The position numbers and the translations under genes were made by a program. Positions 36,353 to 46,367 of a DNA stretch of 64,000 bases are shown piece by piece. This DNA is from an uncultured bacterium (GTDB taxonomy: Bacteria > Cyanobacteriota > Vampirovibrionia > Gastranaerophilales > Gastranaerophilaceae). Below the pieces are notes generated by a model. The model had not been told where the DNA came from, did not search any database, and worked only from the letters and a program-made list of their open reading frames with translations. The first letter of the stretch is position 1. Each line of letters opens with the position of its first letter. The stretch is from NCBI GenBank assembly GCA_949035555.1, contig CAROLD010000009.1:2993-66992 (forward strand), in the 5' to 3' direction.

Positions 36353-37063
36353 ATGCTTTTAGGGGTAAATATAGATCACGTTGCAACACTAAGAAACGCA
36401 AGAGGCGGGTTTGAACCTGATCCGGTTCAGGCGGCTGAAATTTGTGAAGCAAACGGAGCCACATCTATTACCGCACACTTAAGAGAAGACAGAAGACATA
36501 TTATGGATTCTGATATCCGAACTTTAAAAAAAGTAATTAAAACAAGATTAAATTTAGAAATGGCTGTAACCGAAGAGATGCAAAAAATTGCTCTAGAAGT
36601 TCGTCCATATTCTGTTTGTCTTGTTCCGGAAAAAAGACAGGAAGTAACAACTGAAGGCGGTCTGGATGTCGCTTCCCAATTGCAAAAAGTTACAAGTTTT
36701 GTTCAGCCGCTGGTAGAAGCAGGCATAATGGTAAGCTTGTTTATTGATCCTTCTAATGAGCAAATTTATGCAGCTGCAAAAACCGGTGCTCAATTTGTTG
36801 AACTTCATACCGGGCAGTATTCTATGGCATTTGGTACTCCAGATGAACAGGATGAGTTTGATAAGGTGCGTGAAGCCTCTAGACTTGCTCATGCTCTGGG
36901 ACTTAAGGTAAACGCAGGTCACGGTTTGAATTACGAAAACGTATATAGAATGCGTCAAATAAAAGATTTACATGAGCTGAATATTGGACATAGTATTATT
37001 TCTCGTGCAGTATTCAAGGGGTTGGCTCAGGCAGTTAAAGATATGTCTGAATTAGTTAAGTAG
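36353..37063 (+). CDS. pdxJ: Pyridoxine 5'-phosphate synthase
   Basis: LGVNIDHVATLRNARG, ITAHLREDRRHI, VELHTG and NAGHGL are classic PdxJ text. Confidence 0.9.
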   Translation: MLLGVNIDHVATLRNARGGFEPDPVQAAEICEANGATSITAHLREDRRHIMDSDIRTLKKVIKTRLNLEMAVTEEMQKIALEVRPYSVCLVPEKRQEVTTEGGLDVASQLQKVTSFVQPLVEAGIMVSLFIDPSNEQIYAAAKTGAQFVELHTGQYSMAFGTPDEQDEFDKVREASRLAHALGLKVNAGHGLNYENVYRMRQIKDLHELNIGHSIISRAVFKGLAQAVKDMSELVK

Positions 37064-37074
37064 GGTATAGCATT

Positions 37075-37401
37075 ATGACAAAATCAAAGGAAGAAATAAT
37101 AGAAGAAATGCAGCAGGTTGTTGCACAAATGGTTATTGACGATATTGAAGAAAATCCTGATATTGCCAATGAATATTTTGACTGTGATTGTTGCGGTCAG
37201 AATAAGTGTTTAGCAGGTTCAATTCAGTACAGCGATTACAGATTATGCAATGACTGTGTTTTGCTAGCTGAAACAGGGTTTGCACTTGATAAAATTAAGG
37301 ATATTCAAGAGCTTATGGACGCAATGGAAGATAAAAGACTTGAAGAACTTTGTAATTTTGTAAAAGAAGAAGAACTTCGCAAAAACAGTTTAGAAAACTA
37401 G
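37075..37401 (+). CDS. Hypothetical small Cys-rich (putative zinc-ribbon) protein
   Basis: 108 aa. It has CDCCGQNKC plus CNDC spaced about 20 aa apart and acidic helical flanks. No family recognised. Confidence 0.5.
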   Translation: MTKSKEEIIEEMQQVVAQMVIDDIEENPDIANEYFDCDCCGQNKCLAGSIQYSDYRLCNDCVLLAETGFALDKIKDIQELMDAMEDKRLEELCNFVKEEELRKNSLEN

Positions 37402-37992
37402 TTATATCTTTATAACTATTAAGTTTCTTGTATGACTGTCTTCAAGCGGGAGAGTGTAATCTATTATTTCTACAATTTTAGCATTGTATTTTTTTAGAAC
37501 TTTTGAAGCTTCTTCAATTTCTTCTTCTGCTTTGCGCGATTTATAGGCAACAAAATAACCGCCTTTTTTTAGTTTGGGAAGTGCATATTCGCAAATATTT
37601 TTTAAGGAAGATACTGCGCGGGAAGTTATTATATCAAACTTGCCGTCAATATTTTCAACTCTGGCACATACAAGGGTTAAGTTTTCTATACTGAGTTCAG
37701 CTTTCAATGAATGAATGGCGCGAATTTTTTTTGCAATACTGTCTAATGCAGTCACCTGAATTTTAGGATATTTCAGGGCAATCGGAACTGACGGGAAGCC
37801 GCCTCCGGTACCGATATCAAGAAGGGTTTTAAAATCTGTCCCGTATTTTGAGAAAAATTTTTCTATTGCTAAAGAGTCGAAAACATGTTTTTCCCAGAGA
37901 AATTTTTCATCATTTTTTGAAATCAGATTTACTTTGGAATTCTCTTCAAGAAATGCTTCCATATATTTTGTATAAACTTCTTTATTTTCCAT
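37402..37992 (-). CDS. rsmG: 16S rRNA (guanine527-N7)-methyltransferase RsmG (GidB)
   Basis: It has the SAM motif LLDIGTGGGFPSVPIAL, ALDSIAKK and SRAV, and is 196 aa long. Confidence 0.85.
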   Translation of the reverse strand: MENKEVYTKYMEAFLEENSKVNLISKNDEKFLWEKHVFDSLAIEKFFSKYGTDFKTLLDIGTGGGFPSVPIALKYPKIQVTALDSIAKKIRAIHSLKAELSIENLTLVCARVENIDGKFDIITSRAVSSLKNICEYALPKLKKGGYFVAYKSRKAEEEIEEASKVLKKYNAKIVEIIDYTLPLEDSHTRNLIVIKI

Positions 37993-40393
37993 ATTTATCC
38001 TGTAATTTTATAAAATCGTCTTCTTTTGTCCTTCGTTTTATATCTTCAATGCGGGCTTGAATTTTATCAATATTTTCCTTGGTGAAAGATTGTTTTGAGA
38101 GCTTAAATGCTTCAATGAGATATTTATATGCCTGTTCAAAATCTTTTCTGCGGGAATAATAATCTCCAAGTTCTGTCAGTGCACCTGCAATGTGATACGG
38201 CTCATTAAGTTTTTTAGCATAATAAAGCGCCTGGTTCAAGTACTCAAGTGATTTTGATGTGTCTTTTGATGAGTATATTTCAGCAAGATGTATTGCTGAA
38301 TAGTATAACCCGTTGTAATTTTTAACTGCTTTATCAATTTTTATACTTTCATTGTAATATTTAATCGCATGCTGTGGGCTTCCTGCTTCATCGTAGAGTT
38401 CGGCAAGATTGGCAAGTGCCATTGACAGGTATTGGTTTGTATTCGGGTTGGCATCAAGCTCAATACATTTTTTGTAATATAAAACAGCCATACGCATATC
38501 GTCGCGCTCATCGTTTGCCCCTGCAAATTTGTAATACAATTCCGCAAGAACTGTTTTATCCATATGAATGTCAGCAAGCTTTAATGATTTTTCATAATAG
38601 TTAAATTCTTCATCAGGATTGTCGGTTAATTTTGCCAGTGCAAGATTAACTTTTACCTGCATTTCAGGCGGTAAATCCTTGTTATTGTACAATTCATTCA
38701 GGATAAATTTTGCGTTATCGTGTTTGTATATTATGTAGTAAATGTTTGCAATTTCGAGTTTTACTTCCGCAACTTTAAAATTATCCGAAACATTTACATA
38801 AAAATCCTGTGCCTGAGTATAAGCTTCAAGAGCTTCATACCAGTGAGAAAGTTGTTTGTAATCCTGAGCAAGTTTTATATAAATTGCAGGCAGGAATTGA
38901 TAAAAATTATCATCATCATTTTTTGTTAATGCACGTTTGTATAAAAGTATTGCGTGTTTGAAGTTGTATTTTGCTTCTTCTTGTTTTGCAAGATTGAGAA
39001 TTTGTGTCAGAGACAGATTTTCGCTTTTTTCTTTTAATTCATTTCTTTCAGTCTTATCTGTGATGAAGTCTTTGATAGAGTCGGCAATGCCGTCTAATAC
39101 CGCATCATCTTCAATAATAAAGCTGATTTTATCAATTTTTTCTTCTTTTGTTTCTTCAATTTCAGGCTTAGCGGGTATTATTTCGGCAGGAGTTTCGTTA
39201 GCCGGAGACTGTATTACTGGATCTACAGAAATCATTCGAACATCTTTTAGATTAAGCTGAGGTCTTTTCGGTATGAATAGGGTATGATACTCAATTTCGT
39301 TACGCATAGTCTGGCGCGAAAGTCTTAAGTCTCTTTCGAGAGGTTTTAGAGGAAGTTGAGTGTTATATAAATCCACACAGGCAGTGTGGAGTTTTATCAT
39401 AACATTTTCGGGTATTTGGTGTTCAATAATATCCCGGAAAGAATCCTCCAGATACAAACATTCTCCGTCAACCGACAGCACAGCATTAGTAACGAAGAAA
39501 AATGCACGTTCCGGATTGTATAAATGTAATGATTTTAAAAGGTTTACGTGGATTGGAATTCTCATAACCGTAAGCAGTCTGAAAAGATGCGCGCTCACAG
39601 GGTCCACAAGTGACAATGCTTCACGGGTAATGAATTCTGGAAATGGCATAAAGCTTTTTGAATAACCTTCCAAAAATTGTACAAGTGAAAGTCCGCGTAA
39701 ATTCATTATTTTTACTGCTAAATTCACGTAATTATAATAACCTTTTGACTGTTTATACAGCTCATTTGATAAAACACCAATGTTTTTTATCCCGTTGTTT
39801 TTTAACAATTTCTCAAATATCTGCTGTGACAGAGCAAGGCAAGTAACTTTATCAAAGTCAATATCTTCAAAGTCTTCCGCGTCAACTTTCCTTGCCGTGA
39901 TTATAATTTTTACGTTAGGAAGTTTCATCAGGTGCTTGAGAAAACTCAAAATTTCAGGCTTGCTGCTTTTTAAAACAGACTCAAAAGAGTTCAAAATAAT
40001 GACAATCGGGGAATGGATTGTATTAAAGTAAGAGTTGATTTTCTGTGTAAAATTCTCTGTTTTGATCCTTGGAGGAATAATTTTACCCGTAAGTGTGTAT
40101 GTTCTGAATGTGTCAAAAAATGACAAAAGCATATCATCCAAAATGCTTGTTTCAAAACAATTGTATTTCAGGGTGAGGACATTTGGATTCAGATACGATG
40201 CTACAAAATCTGCAATCAATGTTTTTCCGGAACCTTTAAAACCGTTTACAAGAGCCAAATGTTTATCGCTTTGCAAAAAATCGCAAAGCCTTGCAATCTG
40301 TTTTTCATTATTTTCGATTAAGCATAAGTCAAGCGGACATTCTTTCGGAATGTCCTTAATAGCTATGGATTTTTCTAAAAAATCAGTTCTCAT
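37982..40393 (-). CDS. STAND-like P-loop NTPase with a C-terminal TPR array
   Basis: It has Walker A NGFKGSGKT and the Walker-B-like PIVIILNSFE. A helical middle region and an acidic linker follow. Many TPR-like units come next, for example YIKLAQDYKQLSHWYEALEAYTQAQ and LANLAELYDEAGSPQHAIKYYNESIKI. Confidence 0.7.
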   Translation of the reverse strand: MRTDFLEKSIAIKDIPKECPLDLCLIENNEKQIARLCDFLQSDKHLALVNGFKGSGKTLIADFVASYLNPNVLTLKYNCFETSILDDMLLSFFDTFRTYTLTGKIIPPRIKTENFTQKINSYFNTIHSPIVIILNSFESVLKSSKPEILSFLKHLMKLPNVKIIITARKVDAEDFEDIDFDKVTCLALSQQIFEKLLKNNGIKNIGVLSNELYKQSKGYYNYVNLAVKIMNLRGLSLVQFLEGYSKSFMPFPEFITREALSLVDPVSAHLFRLLTVMRIPIHVNLLKSLHLYNPERAFFFVTNAVLSVDGECLYLEDSFRDIIEHQIPENVMIKLHTACVDLYNTQLPLKPLERDLRLSRQTMRNEIEYHTLFIPKRPQLNLKDVRMISVDPVIQSPANETPAEIIPAKPEIEETKEEKIDKISFIIEDDAVLDGIADSIKDFITDKTERNELKEKSENLSLTQILNLAKQEEAKYNFKHAILLYKRALTKNDDDNFYQFLPAIYIKLAQDYKQLSHWYEALEAYTQAQDFYVNVSDNFKVAEVKLEIANIYYIIYKHDNAKFILNELYNNKDLPPEMQVKVNLALAKLTDNPDEEFNYYEKSLKLADIHMDKTVLAELYYKFAGANDERDDMRMAVLYYKKCIELDANPNTNQYLSMALANLAELYDEAGSPQHAIKYYNESIKIDKAVKNYNGLYYSAIHLAEIYSSKDTSKSLEYLNQALYYAKKLNEPYHIAGALTELGDYYSRRKDFEQAYKYLIEAFKLSKQSFTKENIDKIQARIEDIKRRTKEDDFIKLQDKYGK

Positions 40394-40397
40394 AATT

Positions 40398-42104
40398 TTA
40401 ATTTACGCGATTTCTGCCGTTTTCTTTTGCATTGTATAGTCTTTTGTCAGCCGCTTCGATAATTTCTGCAGGAGTTTCACCGTCTTCTTTGTATGTGGAA
40501 ACCCCGAGACTTATTGTAACATTGCTTTCTCTTCCGTTGCTTAATTTCATTTTTTTAGATGACACGAGGGAACAAAGTTTATTTGCAATTGAAACAGCCT
40601 CTTCGTTTTTTGTATTCGGGAGAATAATACTCATTTCTTCTCCTCCGTATCTGCATACTATATCGGTTGCTCTGACATTTTTCTTTAATTCCTGTGCAAC
40701 TTGTCTTAACACAGCATCTCCTGATTGGTGTCCAAAATTATCGTTAAATTTTTTGAAAAAGTCTATATCAATAATTATTAGTGAAAATTTTGTATCATAA
40801 CGTTTTGCGTGAGATACGGACATTTGCATCTGTTCTTGAAAATATCTGTGATTATAAAGTTCAGTAAGTCCGTCTGTTGTTGCGAGTTTATATTGTGTGT
40901 CAAAGTCTCTTGATTTAATCAAATATTTTGTGATTACAGTGAGGATAAATGCCAGAACTGCAAATCCCATCGGTGATACAATCGGCAGCCACAAATTAAA
41001 AAATTTCATCATATAGTATGTTAAAATTACGTATCCAAAATATACCGTTGCGGTAAGCCCTGCTGCAATAGGCATAGACGGCAGTACTAGTACAATTCCG
41101 ACAGTTATTAATGCAAGAGCAAAAACGATAATTACATTAGCATAGTCAGGTGTTTTGTGAATAAAACTTCCGTCAATAATGTTGTTCACGTATGTTGCCT
41201 GAACTTCAACGCCCGGGTAAACTTTATCAACCGGAACCGTTTTTATATCAAATAAACTTGCCGCGGTAGCTCCGAAATATACAATTTTATTTTCGAAATC
41301 AAAATTAAGTTTTTCTTTTCCTTCTGCGGCTTTGATAAGTTTATACATAGGAATATTTTCAAATGTTCCCGCAGGACCGTACCAGTTAAGAATTACACCG
41401 GCTTCGTCATCATATTTTATTGAAGTTTTGCCGTTTGTATAATAATTCCCTACGCGATATCCTAACTGCGGATAATACTTTCCCTGATATTTCAGATATA
41501 AAGGCATTTTTCTCAAAACTCCGTCATCTGAGCGCGAAACATTTATCAAGCCGATGTTTGATGTTGCGTTTAATATTCCTTCTAAAATTACTCTGCAATT
41601 TGAGTATTCCATTGGTTCGCCTTTTGTAGGGTAAGGTATTATTGCAAGTTTATCAGGTAGCCGGGGCGGAATTCTTAAATCCTCAGGCTGGTCATCTAAA
41701 TTCATTGCTGTATAAACATTGTTATACTTTTTAAAAATATTAATTAAAGCATTATCTGCGGCTTGGTCTGATTTCATTGATTTGACAAACATAAGGTCAA
41801 ATGCAATACTTTTCGGGTTTTGTGCTTCAATATAATCAACCATTTTTGCATAAATATCGCGTCTTAGGGGCCACTCTCCATAATGGTCAAGGATATATTC
41901 ATAACTACCGTCATCAATTGCTACAATTACAATATCTTTATTATTCTGACGGCTTCCTGAATTTGCAAGAATGCTTTGTCTTATATCAAAAGTTCTATTT
42001 TCCATTGACGTCATAAACGCAGAAAAGCTTCCGTTTTTAATACTAAAAATCAGAAGCACTGCAAAGATAGAAATCCATAATGTATATAAAAATTTTTTCA
42101 ACAT
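40398..42104 (-). CDS. CHASE2 sensor domain / transmembrane / GGDEF diguanylate cyclase
   Basis: The CHASE2 text is DIVIVAIDDGSYEYILDHYGEWPLRRDIYAKMVDYI..AFDLMF. Three or four TM helices follow. The GGDEF domain has RYGGEEMSII and an RATD (RxxD) I-site five residues upstream. Confidence 0.85.
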   Translation of the reverse strand: MLKKFLYTLWISIFAVLLIFSIKNGSFSAFMTSMENRTFDIRQSILANSGSRQNNKDIVIVAIDDGSYEYILDHYGEWPLRRDIYAKMVDYIEAQNPKSIAFDLMFVKSMKSDQAADNALINIFKKYNNVYTAMNLDDQPEDLRIPPRLPDKLAIIPYPTKGEPMEYSNCRVILEGILNATSNIGLINVSRSDDGVLRKMPLYLKYQGKYYPQLGYRVGNYYTNGKTSIKYDDEAGVILNWYGPAGTFENIPMYKLIKAAEGKEKLNFDFENKIVYFGATAASLFDIKTVPVDKVYPGVEVQATYVNNIIDGSFIHKTPDYANVIIVFALALITVGIVLVLPSMPIAAGLTATVYFGYVILTYYMMKFFNLWLPIVSPMGFAVLAFILTVITKYLIKSRDFDTQYKLATTDGLTELYNHRYFQEQMQMSVSHAKRYDTKFSLIIIDIDFFKKFNDNFGHQSGDAVLRQVAQELKKNVRATDIVCRYGGEEMSIILPNTKNEEAVSIANKLCSLVSSKKMKLSNGRESNVTISLGVSTYKEDGETPAEIIEAADKRLYNAKENGRNRVN

Positions 42105-42118
42105 AACTCAAGCCCTGT

Positions 42119-42286
42119 TTATTTTACGTTTTCAGTGTAGTTTAACGCAGAAATATTGGCAAGAATGTTTTTTACAACGAATTTTTGTTCCAGAATTTTG
42201 TTATTTAATTTCAGAATTTCTGTAGCATAAGATAATTCATCAGGGTGCTTTAAATAGCGAAGTAAACATTGCTCGTGTAAGTTCAT
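42119..42286 (-). CDS. Possible 55-aa leader ORF of the cyclase operon
   Basis: Own translation gives MNLHEQCLLRYLKHPDELSYATEILKLNNKILEQKFVVKNILANISALNYTENVK. AGGAA lies upstream, and its stop is 14 nt before the cyclase ATG. It is below the ORF-track size cut-off. Confidence 0.3.
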   Translation of the reverse strand: MNLHEQCLLRYLKHPDELSYATEILKLNNKILEQKFVVKNILANISALNYTENVK

Positions 42287-42494
42287 TCTTATCAATTCCT
42301 ATAAAACGGTTATAACATGATTATTATTTCAAATTTTGATTAAAATTAAATCAACCTTTTAAAGAATTTGCTAGGAAATTTCTAATACAAGTATATGAGC
42401 TTAACCGGAGCTTAACTAAATGTAAAGATATTAGCCAATCGTCTAATGTTTGTGCTATAATTCTGGTAAAGAGACAGACTTGGAGGGTAGAGTA

Positions 42495-45050
42495 TTGAGT
42501 CAACAGAATATGTTTGATCACGGGAAAATCGTTCCTGTAAATATAAGAGAAGAAATGAAACGTTCATATATCGACTATGCAATGAGTGTAATCGTAGGAC
42601 GTGCATTACCTGATGTTCGAGACGGGTTGAAACCTGTTCACAGACGTATTTTATACGCAATGAATGAACTGGGAATGTATCCTGACAAACCGTTTAAAAA
42701 ATGTGCGCGTATTGTCGGGGAAGTTCTGGGTAAATATCACCCGCACGGCGATAGCTCTGTTTATGAAGCTCTAGTTCGTATGGCTCAAGATTTTTCAACA
42801 AGATATTTGATGGTTGACGGGCATGGCAACTTCGGTTCTGTTGACGGTGACGGAGCTGCTGCAATGCGTTATACAGAAGCCCGTATGCATAAAATTACTC
42901 AATCTATGCTTGCTGATATTGACTGTGAAACAGTTGAGTTTGAGCCAAACTTCGACGGTTCACTGCAAGAACCGTCAGTGCTTCCTGTAAGGCTGCCTAT
43001 GCTTTTGTTAAACGGAGTTTCAGGTATTGCGGTTGGTATGGCAACAAATATTCCTCCGCATAACCTTTGCGAAGTTGTTGACGGTACCATCGCGTTGATT
43101 GATAATCCGAAAATCACTGTTCCTGAACTTATGGAACATATTAAAGGACCTGATTTCCCTACATCGGCTACAATTATTGGATTGAACGATATTAAACAGG
43201 CTTACGAAACAGGAAGAGGTTCTATTAAAATGTCTGCGGTTTCTGGTTTTGAAGAAATTGCGGGCGGCGGCGGACGCCAAGCAAGAACTGCGATTGTTGT
43301 AACCGAAATTCCTTATCAGGTTAATAAAGCAATGCTTATTGAAAAAATTGCAGACCTTGTCAAAGACCAAAAAATTACAGGTATTTCAGATATTCGTGAC
43401 GAGTCTGACCGTGAAGGTATGAGAATCGTCATTGAATTGAAACGTGATGCAAAACCTGATGTTGTTAGAAATAATTTATATAAATATACTCAGCTTGCAA
43501 CAACTTTCGGGGTTAACATGGTTGCTCTGTGCGGCAAACAGCCTCGTTTGATGAATTTATACGAAGTTTTAAATGAATTTGTTGAACACAGAATTGAAAT
43601 CGTTACAAGAAGAACTATTTTCTTCTTGAAGAAAGCTAAAATCCGCGCTCACATCTTGGCAGGTTTAATCATCGCATTGGGTTCTATTGACGAAGTTATT
43701 GAACTTATCAAAAAATCTAAGACCACCGATGATGCAAGAGAAGGTTTGATGAGCAGATTTGGTCTTGATGTTGACCAGTCAAATGCAATTTTAGAAATGC
43801 AATTAAGACGTTTGACAGGTTTAGAACAAGACAAAGTTAAAGCAGAATACGAAGAATTGTTGAAAAAGATTGCCGAATACGAATCAATTCTTGCAAGTCG
43901 TCAAAAAATTCTTGATATTATCAAAGCAGAACTTCTTGAAGATAAAGAAAAATACGGCGATGACAGAAAAACTCAGATTTTACCTGAACAGGGCGAAGTT
44001 ACAATTGAAGACTTAACACCAAATACTCCGATGGCTGTATTTATTACACATCAAGGATATTTGAAACGTATATCCCTTGATACCTTCGAACGTCAAAACC
44101 GTGCAACCCGCGGTAAATCAGGCATGAAAACAAAAGATGATGATGATATTCAACATTTCTTTACTGCAATGATGCATGATAAAGTGTTATTCTTCTCATC
44201 TAAAGGTACTGTTTACAGCTTGAATGTTTACGACTTCCCTGAAGGCGGACGTCAGGCAAAAGGCTTGCCGATTGTAAACGTACTTCCTATAGATCAGGAT
44301 GAAAAGATTACCGCAGTAGTTCCTGTGAGTTCATTCTCTAAAGACTTGAATTTAATCATGCTTACTAAAAAAGGTTATATCAAACGTATTGAATTGGATA
44401 ACTTCTCAAATATCCGTCGTAACGGTATTATCGCAATCGGTTTGGATGAAGGTGACAGCTTATGCTGGGTAAAACTTGCAACTGCAAAAGACGAAATTAT
44501 TATCGGAACATCTTGCGGTATGGCAATCAGATTCCCAATCCAAGACTTGAGACCGTTAGGCAGAAGCGCCCGCGGTGTAATTTCAATGAAATTACGCTCA
44601 GGAGATGAAATTGTCGGATGTGATATTGTTCCGCAAGATTACGACGCGGATTTACTGGTAGTAACTTCTGACGGTTTTGGCAAGCGTACAAAATTATCTG
44701 AATTCAGAAGCCAGAACAGAGGCGGTTTAGGATTGATTGCAACCAAGTTCAAATCAAGTTCATCAAGACTTGTTGCCTTGACTATCGTAAGAGATTCTGA
44801 CGATATAATGCTTGTGACAGCAAACGGCGTAGTAACAAGACTGAATGCAGGTCAAATTTCACAACAGGGACGTCCTGCAACAGGTGTTAGAGCACAGAAC
44901 TTGAACGAAAATGATGTAGTATGTTCTGTTAATAAGATTATTAACCCTGATGAAGACGACGTAACTATTAAAACATCAACTGCGGAAGCTCCTGCGCCGG
45001 AAGACGAAGTTCAGCAAACAAGTCTGTTGGACGGAGGAAACGAAGAATAG
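42495..45050 (+). CDS. gyrA: DNA gyrase subunit A
   Basis: It has [29 protein letters not shown], the active-site AAMRYTE and a C-terminal beta-pinwheel. GGAGGG at 42482-42487 favours TTG 42495 (or ATG 42510) over the track start. Confidence 0.95.
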   Translation: MSQQNMFDHGKIVPVNIREEMKRSYIDYAMSVIVGRALPDVRDGLKPVHRRILYAMNELGMYPDKPFKKCARIVGEVLGKYHPHGDSSVYEALVRMAQDFSTRYLMVDGHGNFGSVDGDGAAAMRYTEARMHKITQSMLADIDCETVEFEPNFDGSLQEPSVLPVRLPMLLLNGVSGIAVGMATNIPPHNLCEVVDGTIALIDNPKITVPELMEHIKGPDFPTSATIIGLNDIKQAYETGRGSIKMSAVSGFEEIAGGGGRQARTAIVVTEIPYQVNKAMLIEKIADLVKDQKITGISDIRDESDREGMRIVIELKRDAKPDVVRNNLYKYTQLATTFGVNMVALCGKQPRLMNLYEVLNEFVEHRIEIVTRRTIFFLKKAKIRAHILAGLIIALGSIDEVIELIKKSKTTDDAREGLMSRFGLDVDQSNAILEMQLRRLTGLEQDKVKAEYEELLKKIAEYESILASRQKILDIIKAELLEDKEKYGDDRKTQILPEQGEVTIEDLTPNTPMAVFITHQGYLKRISLDTFERQNRATRGKSGMKTKDDDDIQHFFTAMMHDKVLFFSSKGTVYSLNVYDFPEGGRQAKGLPIVNVLPIDQDEKITAVVPVSSFSKDLNLIMLTKKGYIKRIELDNFSNIRRNGIIAIGLDEGDSLCWVKLATAKDEIIIGTSCGMAIRFPIQDLRPLGRSARGVISMKLRSGDEIVGCDIVPQDYDADLLVVTSDGFGKRTKLSEFRSQNRGGLGLIATKFKSSSSRLVALTIVRDSDDIMLVTANGVVTRLNAGQISQQGRPATGVRAQNLNENDVVCSVNKIINPDEDDVTIKTSTAEAPAPEDEVQQTSLLDGGNEE

Positions 45051-45081
45051 AAAAAAGAGGTTCAAATTGAACCTCTTTTTT
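45051..45081. terminator. Bidirectional intrinsic terminator
   Basis: A6 is followed by stem GAGGTTC (45057-45063) pairing with GAACCTC (45069-45075), then T6 (45076-45081). Confidence 0.8.
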
Positions 45082-45086
45082 AATTA

Positions 45087-46367
45087 CTACCTTGCTCTGT
45101 AGTGACCTCTGACATGTGTTCCGTCACTTCTTGTGTAAGGTGCAATATAAACAGCTCCGCCGGCAGAATTCATCTGAGCATTACTTGGAATACCTATTTT
45201 GCCCCATTGACTTCTAATTTCGGCTTCTTTGTCCGTAAATTCTTCATTGGGCATATCTCCAATATCTTCGCGGGTGTATATTTTATTATCACCTGACAAA
45301 GGATTTCTGTAATTGGAATAATCGGCTTGGTTTTGTTGGTTTTGTATGGCGTTTGGATTAAATTCGTTGTGTGAAATTCCAGTTTCTAATACTCCATTTT
45401 GTGGAGTATTATTATGCGAATTTAATGGAATTGAAGGGTTTTCTTTTGTGTTTAATAGATTGGTTTTTATAGCTAATCCCACAGGTGTTGTACCAATATC
45501 TAGCCACTTGTCCAGGTTGACTTTTTTTGCAATATCATTTATCCTTATAAATGACAAGTCTTGACCCTCGGGTTCTGGACCCGCTAGGTTGGGGCTTGTC
45601 ACTTTATGGAAATATTTATTTCCTTTTGCGTTTTCGGCTATTAAATAATCAACTCCATCTCCGCCAAGACGGTGAAATTTTGTAATATCAAATTTATGAG
45701 AATGCTGTGGGGCTTCCGTATTTAGATATTCCGCTTTTTTTAGATTTTTGCTTAAGTCTATTACTTTATCTGTATATTGTGGCTGTTGCCTATTTGTTTC
45801 TTTAAATCCATCACTAATAAGTTTAATTTCACCTAAATCTTTTCTTACAGGATTAGTTCCTCGTTCATAATTAGTGTAATATTCGTTACTTAATTTAGTT
45901 TGTTTAGGTTTTGAAAGAAGTTCTTTTTTTATACTATTTTTTTCAATATTTCCTGTAATTCCTCCTGCTACTGCACCGGTTCCAAGTCCAAAAACAGCAT
46001 CAGTGGCGGCTGTATATAACGGATTTTTATTTTCGGCTAACCCTCGTCCAAAACCGAATACGCTGCCTTCAGCAGCACCATCTATCGCACTTTGTGTAAA
46101 TTTTTGTGCTAATTTTCGACCGAGAGATTTTTGCAGAAATTGTCCTGCTCCGGCTTTCACTGCTGAACCGCCAATGCCTACCCCTGGAACGGCGACACTG
46201 CCTATTTCAAATAGCCCTGCAGCGATTTGTTTGTTTCTGTAATCGGTAAATTCTTTATTGATTTTTTGTTCATACAATTTACCAAATTCTTTAATTATGG
46301 CGATTTTTTCTTCTCTGGTATAGTTGCCTCTTTCTAAAAATTTTTGTAGTTGTTCGTATTCTTGCAT
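45087..46367 (-). CDS. Hypothetical protein with a glycine-zipper-like N-terminal region, an N/Q-rich linker and a basic C-terminal tag
   Basis: 426-aa monocistronic ORF. Glycine-rich segments are GLFEIGSVAVPGVGIGGSAVKAGAG, GAAEGSVFGFGRGL and AVFGLGTGAVAGGITG. The C-terminus is AVYIAPYTRSDGTHVRGHYRAR. No family assigned with confidence. Confidence 0.6.
   Translation of the reverse strand: MQEYEQLQKFLERGNYTREEKIAIIKEFGKLYEQKINKEFTDYRNKQIAAGLFEIGSVAVPGVGIGGSAVKAGAGQFLQKSLGRKLAQKFTQSAIDGAAEGSVFGFGRGLAENKNPLYTAATDAVFGLGTGAVAGGITGNIEKNSIKKELLSKPKQTKLSNEYYTNYERGTNPVRKDLGEIKLISDGFKETNRQQPQYTDKVIDLSKNLKKAEYLNTEAPQHSHKFDITKFHRLGGDGVDYLIAENAKGNKYFHKVTSPNLAGPEPEGQDLSFIRINDIAKKVNLDKWLDIGTTPVGLAIKTNLLNTKENPSIPLNSHNNTPQNGVLETGISHNEFNPNAIQNQQNQADYSNYRNPLSGDNKIYTREDIGDMPNEEFTDKEAEIRSQWGKIGIPSNAQMNSAGGAVYIAPYTRSDGTHVRGHYRAR

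Noticed and set aside
40035-40800. Two plus-strand ORFs (134 and 122 aa) spanning the cyclase/NTPase junction
   Set aside because: They are antisense to the CHASE2-GGDEF and P-loop/TPR genes. They have no RBS and a hydrophobic, wrong-frame-like composition, so they are probably shadow ORFs. Antisense transcription cannot be excluded without RNA data.
42412-42660. 82-aa minus-strand ORF overlapping the gyrA start
   Set aside because: It overlaps the conserved N-terminus of GyrA on the opposite strand and has no motif or RBS support.
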